Part shown: one piece after another, positions 61,980-64,000 of the stretch
Numbering within the stretch: position 1 is the first letter of the stretch
Layout of the letters: each line of letters begins with the position of its first letter
Source: Bdellovibrionales bacterium
Lineage (GTDB): Bacteria; Bdellovibrionota; Bdellovibrionia; Bdellovibrionales; JAKFYE01
Reading direction: 5' to 3'
Assembly: GCA_965116215.1 (NCBI GenBank)
Contig: OZ220494.1
Coordinates: 869,408 to 933,407, forward strand
DNA: 64,000 nucleotides
Notes under the pieces: model-generated
Database searches by the model: none
What the model saw: the letters and a program-made list of their open reading frames with translations, nothing else
What the model was told of the DNA's origin: nothing
Program-made: the position numbers and the translations under genes

Positions 61980-62648
61980 TCAAAGGCTGTCCACTCCTTT
62001 CTTTATCTTACTAAGGAGAGCCTTTATACTCTCAAAAACTCTGTCAACGGAATCCTGACCATCGACAATCCCCAATATTCCAATATCTCTATAAAAAACC
62101 TTTAAGGGAGCTGTATTCTTTTCATAGGCATCTATACGTATTTTAATCGCAGATTTCATATCATCTTTTCTTTGAGACACCTCGGCACTGCATTGGTCAC
62201 AGATGTCCTCCTGTTTAGGAGGGCAAAATAGTATATGGTAATTTTTCCCACACCCTAAACACACACGACGTCCTGTAAGACGTTTTAAAATGATATCTTG
62301 GCTCACATCAATAAATATCGCCTTCGCAAGAGTCTGATTTTTTTTTTGCAATAAATCCTGAAGAGATTCAGCCTGTGACACCGTCCTAGGAAAACCATCA
62401 AAAATAAAGGGCTTTTCACAAAACCTTTCAATAGTCTCTTCAACCAATCCCACGACAATATCGTCAGGGACAAGCCGCCCTTGATCCATAGTGGCCTTTG
62501 CCTTTAAACCCAGAGGCGTCTCATTCTTGATGGCCACTCGAAATAAATTCCCTGTGCTCAAGTGAACCATCCCCAACTCTGATACCAATCGAGCCGATTG
62601 TGTCCCTTTCCCCGCACCAGGTGGGCCAAATAAGACCACATTGTTCAA
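61980..62648 (-). CDS. adk: Adenylate kinase with a zinc-binding lid
   Basis: GPPGAGKGTQ, DGFPRT, CxxC..CxxC lid. Confidence 0.98.
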   Translation of the reverse strand: MNNVVLFGPPGAGKGTQSARLVSELGMVHLSTGNLFRVAIKNETPLGLKAKATMDQGRLVPDDIVVGLVEETIERFCEKPFIFDGFPRTVSQAESLQDLLQKKNQTLAKAIFIDVSQDIILKRLTGRRVCLGCGKNYHILFCPPKQEDICDQCSAEVSQRKDDMKSAIKIRIDAYEKNTAPLKVFYRDIGILGIVDGQDSVDRVFESIKALLSKIKKGVDSL

Positions 62649-63967
62649 AACCGTGCCCTCCGGCCCCTGATCTTTACTTTCCTCATCATACCGTCATACT
62701 TTTGATTAATCATATGACTCTGCACTTGTTGAGCTGTATCTAGTGCAACTCCCACAAGAATAAGTAAACTTGTACCACCAAAATAAAAAGGAACCTTGGC
62801 TTGGGCAATAAGAATACCTGGTAAAATACAAACAATACTGAGATAAATAGCCCCACCAACAGTCAAACGATCAATCACCCTTTGTATATATTCTGAAGTT
62901 TCCTTCCCCGCTCGAATGCCTGGAACAAATCCTCCATATTTTTTTAAGTTATCTGCAAGATCCTTTGGATTAAAAACAATCTGCGTATAGAAAAAACAAA
63001 AGAATATAATCAAACCAACAAAGAAGACATTATAAATCATACCTGTGGGTGTTAAAGAATCTCTCAAATTAATCAGAAATGTAACATTTGTAAATTGAGC
63101 CACCGTGGCTGGAAACATCAATAAACTGCTCGCAAAAATAGGAGGAATAACACCTGAAAAATTTAACTTCAAAGGCAGATGACTCGATTGTGCCGCCATA
63201 GCCTGCCGACCGGGACCTCTTTGAGAGTACTGGACAGGAATACGGCGTTGCCCTGTTTCCAAAAATACAATCACACCCACAACGATAATCATAAATATGA
63301 GTAAAAGGAATCCCACAAAAGTGGTCAGTTCACCATTTTGAATCAGTTGAATCGTATTTGTCAGCCCACTTGGAATTCCAGCTGCTATACCAGCAAAGAT
63401 AATTAAACTCGCTCCATTACCAATCCCACGTTCTGTAATTTGCTCACCTAACCACATAATAAAACATGTCCCTGCAGTGAGAGTCAGCAATGTCATAACT
63501 TCAAAGGGGATGACACCTACATAATAGGAAGACACAAGCGGTATTCCTCCAGGAGCAGATGAGTTCTGTAAAAAAGTAACAATACCCCAACCTTGAATCA
63601 AAGCGAGAACAACAGTTCCATAACGTGTATATTGAGTGATCTTTTTCTGACCATGTTGCCCTTCTTTTTTCAAAGCCTCAAAGTAGGGGACAACAGCTTG
63701 CAATAGTTGAAAAATAATCGAACTAGAAATATAGGGCATAATACCCAAAGCAAAAACACTAAATCTTTCTAATGCACCACCTGTAAATGTATTAAATAAA
63801 CCAAACAGCCCAGAGTTTTGTTGTGCAAAAAAAGCCATAACAGCGTTGCCATCAACACCAGGAGTTGGAACATGAACTCCGATTCGAAAGATCGCCAACA
63901 TACCCAGAGTAAATAAAATCCTCCGACGCAATTCTTCATTCTTAGCAATCCCCTCTACCGCTGACAC
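62645..63967 (-). CDS. secY: Preprotein translocase subunit SecY
   Basis: FALGIMPYISSSII, WLGEQITERGIGNG, GGTSLLILVGV. Confidence 0.99.
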   Translation of the reverse strand: MSAVEGIAKNEELRRRILFTLGMLAIFRIGVHVPTPGVDGNAVMAFFAQQNSGLFGLFNTFTGGALERFSVFALGIMPYISSSIIFQLLQAVVPYFEALKKEGQHGQKKITQYTRYGTVVLALIQGWGIVTFLQNSSAPGGIPLVSSYYVGVIPFEVMTLLTLTAGTCFIMWLGEQITERGIGNGASLIIFAGIAAGIPSGLTNTIQLIQNGELTTFVGFLLLIFMIIVVGVIVFLETGQRRIPVQYSQRGPGRQAMAAQSSHLPLKLNFSGVIPPIFASSLLMFPATVAQFTNVTFLINLRDSLTPTGMIYNVFFVGLIIFFCFFYTQIVFNPKDLADNLKKYGGFVPGIRAGKETSEYIQRVIDRLTVGGAIYLSIVCILPGILIAQAKVPFYFGGTSLLILVGVALDTAQQVQSHMINQKYDGMMRKVKIRGRRARF

Positions 63968-64000
63968 TGATCCATCACCTCAACTTTTCCCCCTGCAGCC
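63955..64000 (-). CDS. rplO: 3' end of 50S ribosomal protein L15, truncated by the window edge
   Basis: AAGGKVEVMDQCQR* immediately upstream of secY. Confidence 0.85.
   Translation of the reverse strand, partial: AAGGKVEVMDQCQR

Overview
AT-rich bacterial chromosome segment, most likely from a member of Bdellovibrionota. The basis is an FHA-GGDEF protein closely resembling B. bacteriovorus DgcB, plus PilZ and FHA-sigma54 genes; the taxonomy is inference. Most of the window is housekeeping: polA, eno, pgi, rlmN, gdh, gcvP, LPS genes, phoX and the secY-adk-rpmJ-rpsM-rpsK-rpoA-rplQ end of the ribosomal superoperon. The centrepiece is a ~13 kb defence island (39.5-52.5 kb) with a complete type V-A CRISPR-Cas locus (cas12a-cas4-cas1-cas2 plus 16 identical repeats and 15 spacers). 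Its Cas12a is unusually large (1634 aa), with a ~118-aa N-terminal extension, several insertions and a PAM-interacting region lacking the canonical motifs. The locus is flanked by an AAA+/DUF4143-type gene and, head-to-head, by an (AAAGAC)12 microsatellite and three tandem near-identical coiled-coil/PD-(D/E)XK nuclease genes differing mainly in coiled-coil length. Other oddities: a MITE-like modular repeat family, an RpoA with a ~210-aa acidic repeat tail, a multicopper oxidase-barrel fusion with (HQG)14 followed by in-frame echoes of its own C-terminus, a motif-eroded PyrD, an EpmA with a long N-terminal extension, a duplicated serine protease and an ankyrin/MORN-like remnant. All calls are by-eye motif recognition; no searches were run.
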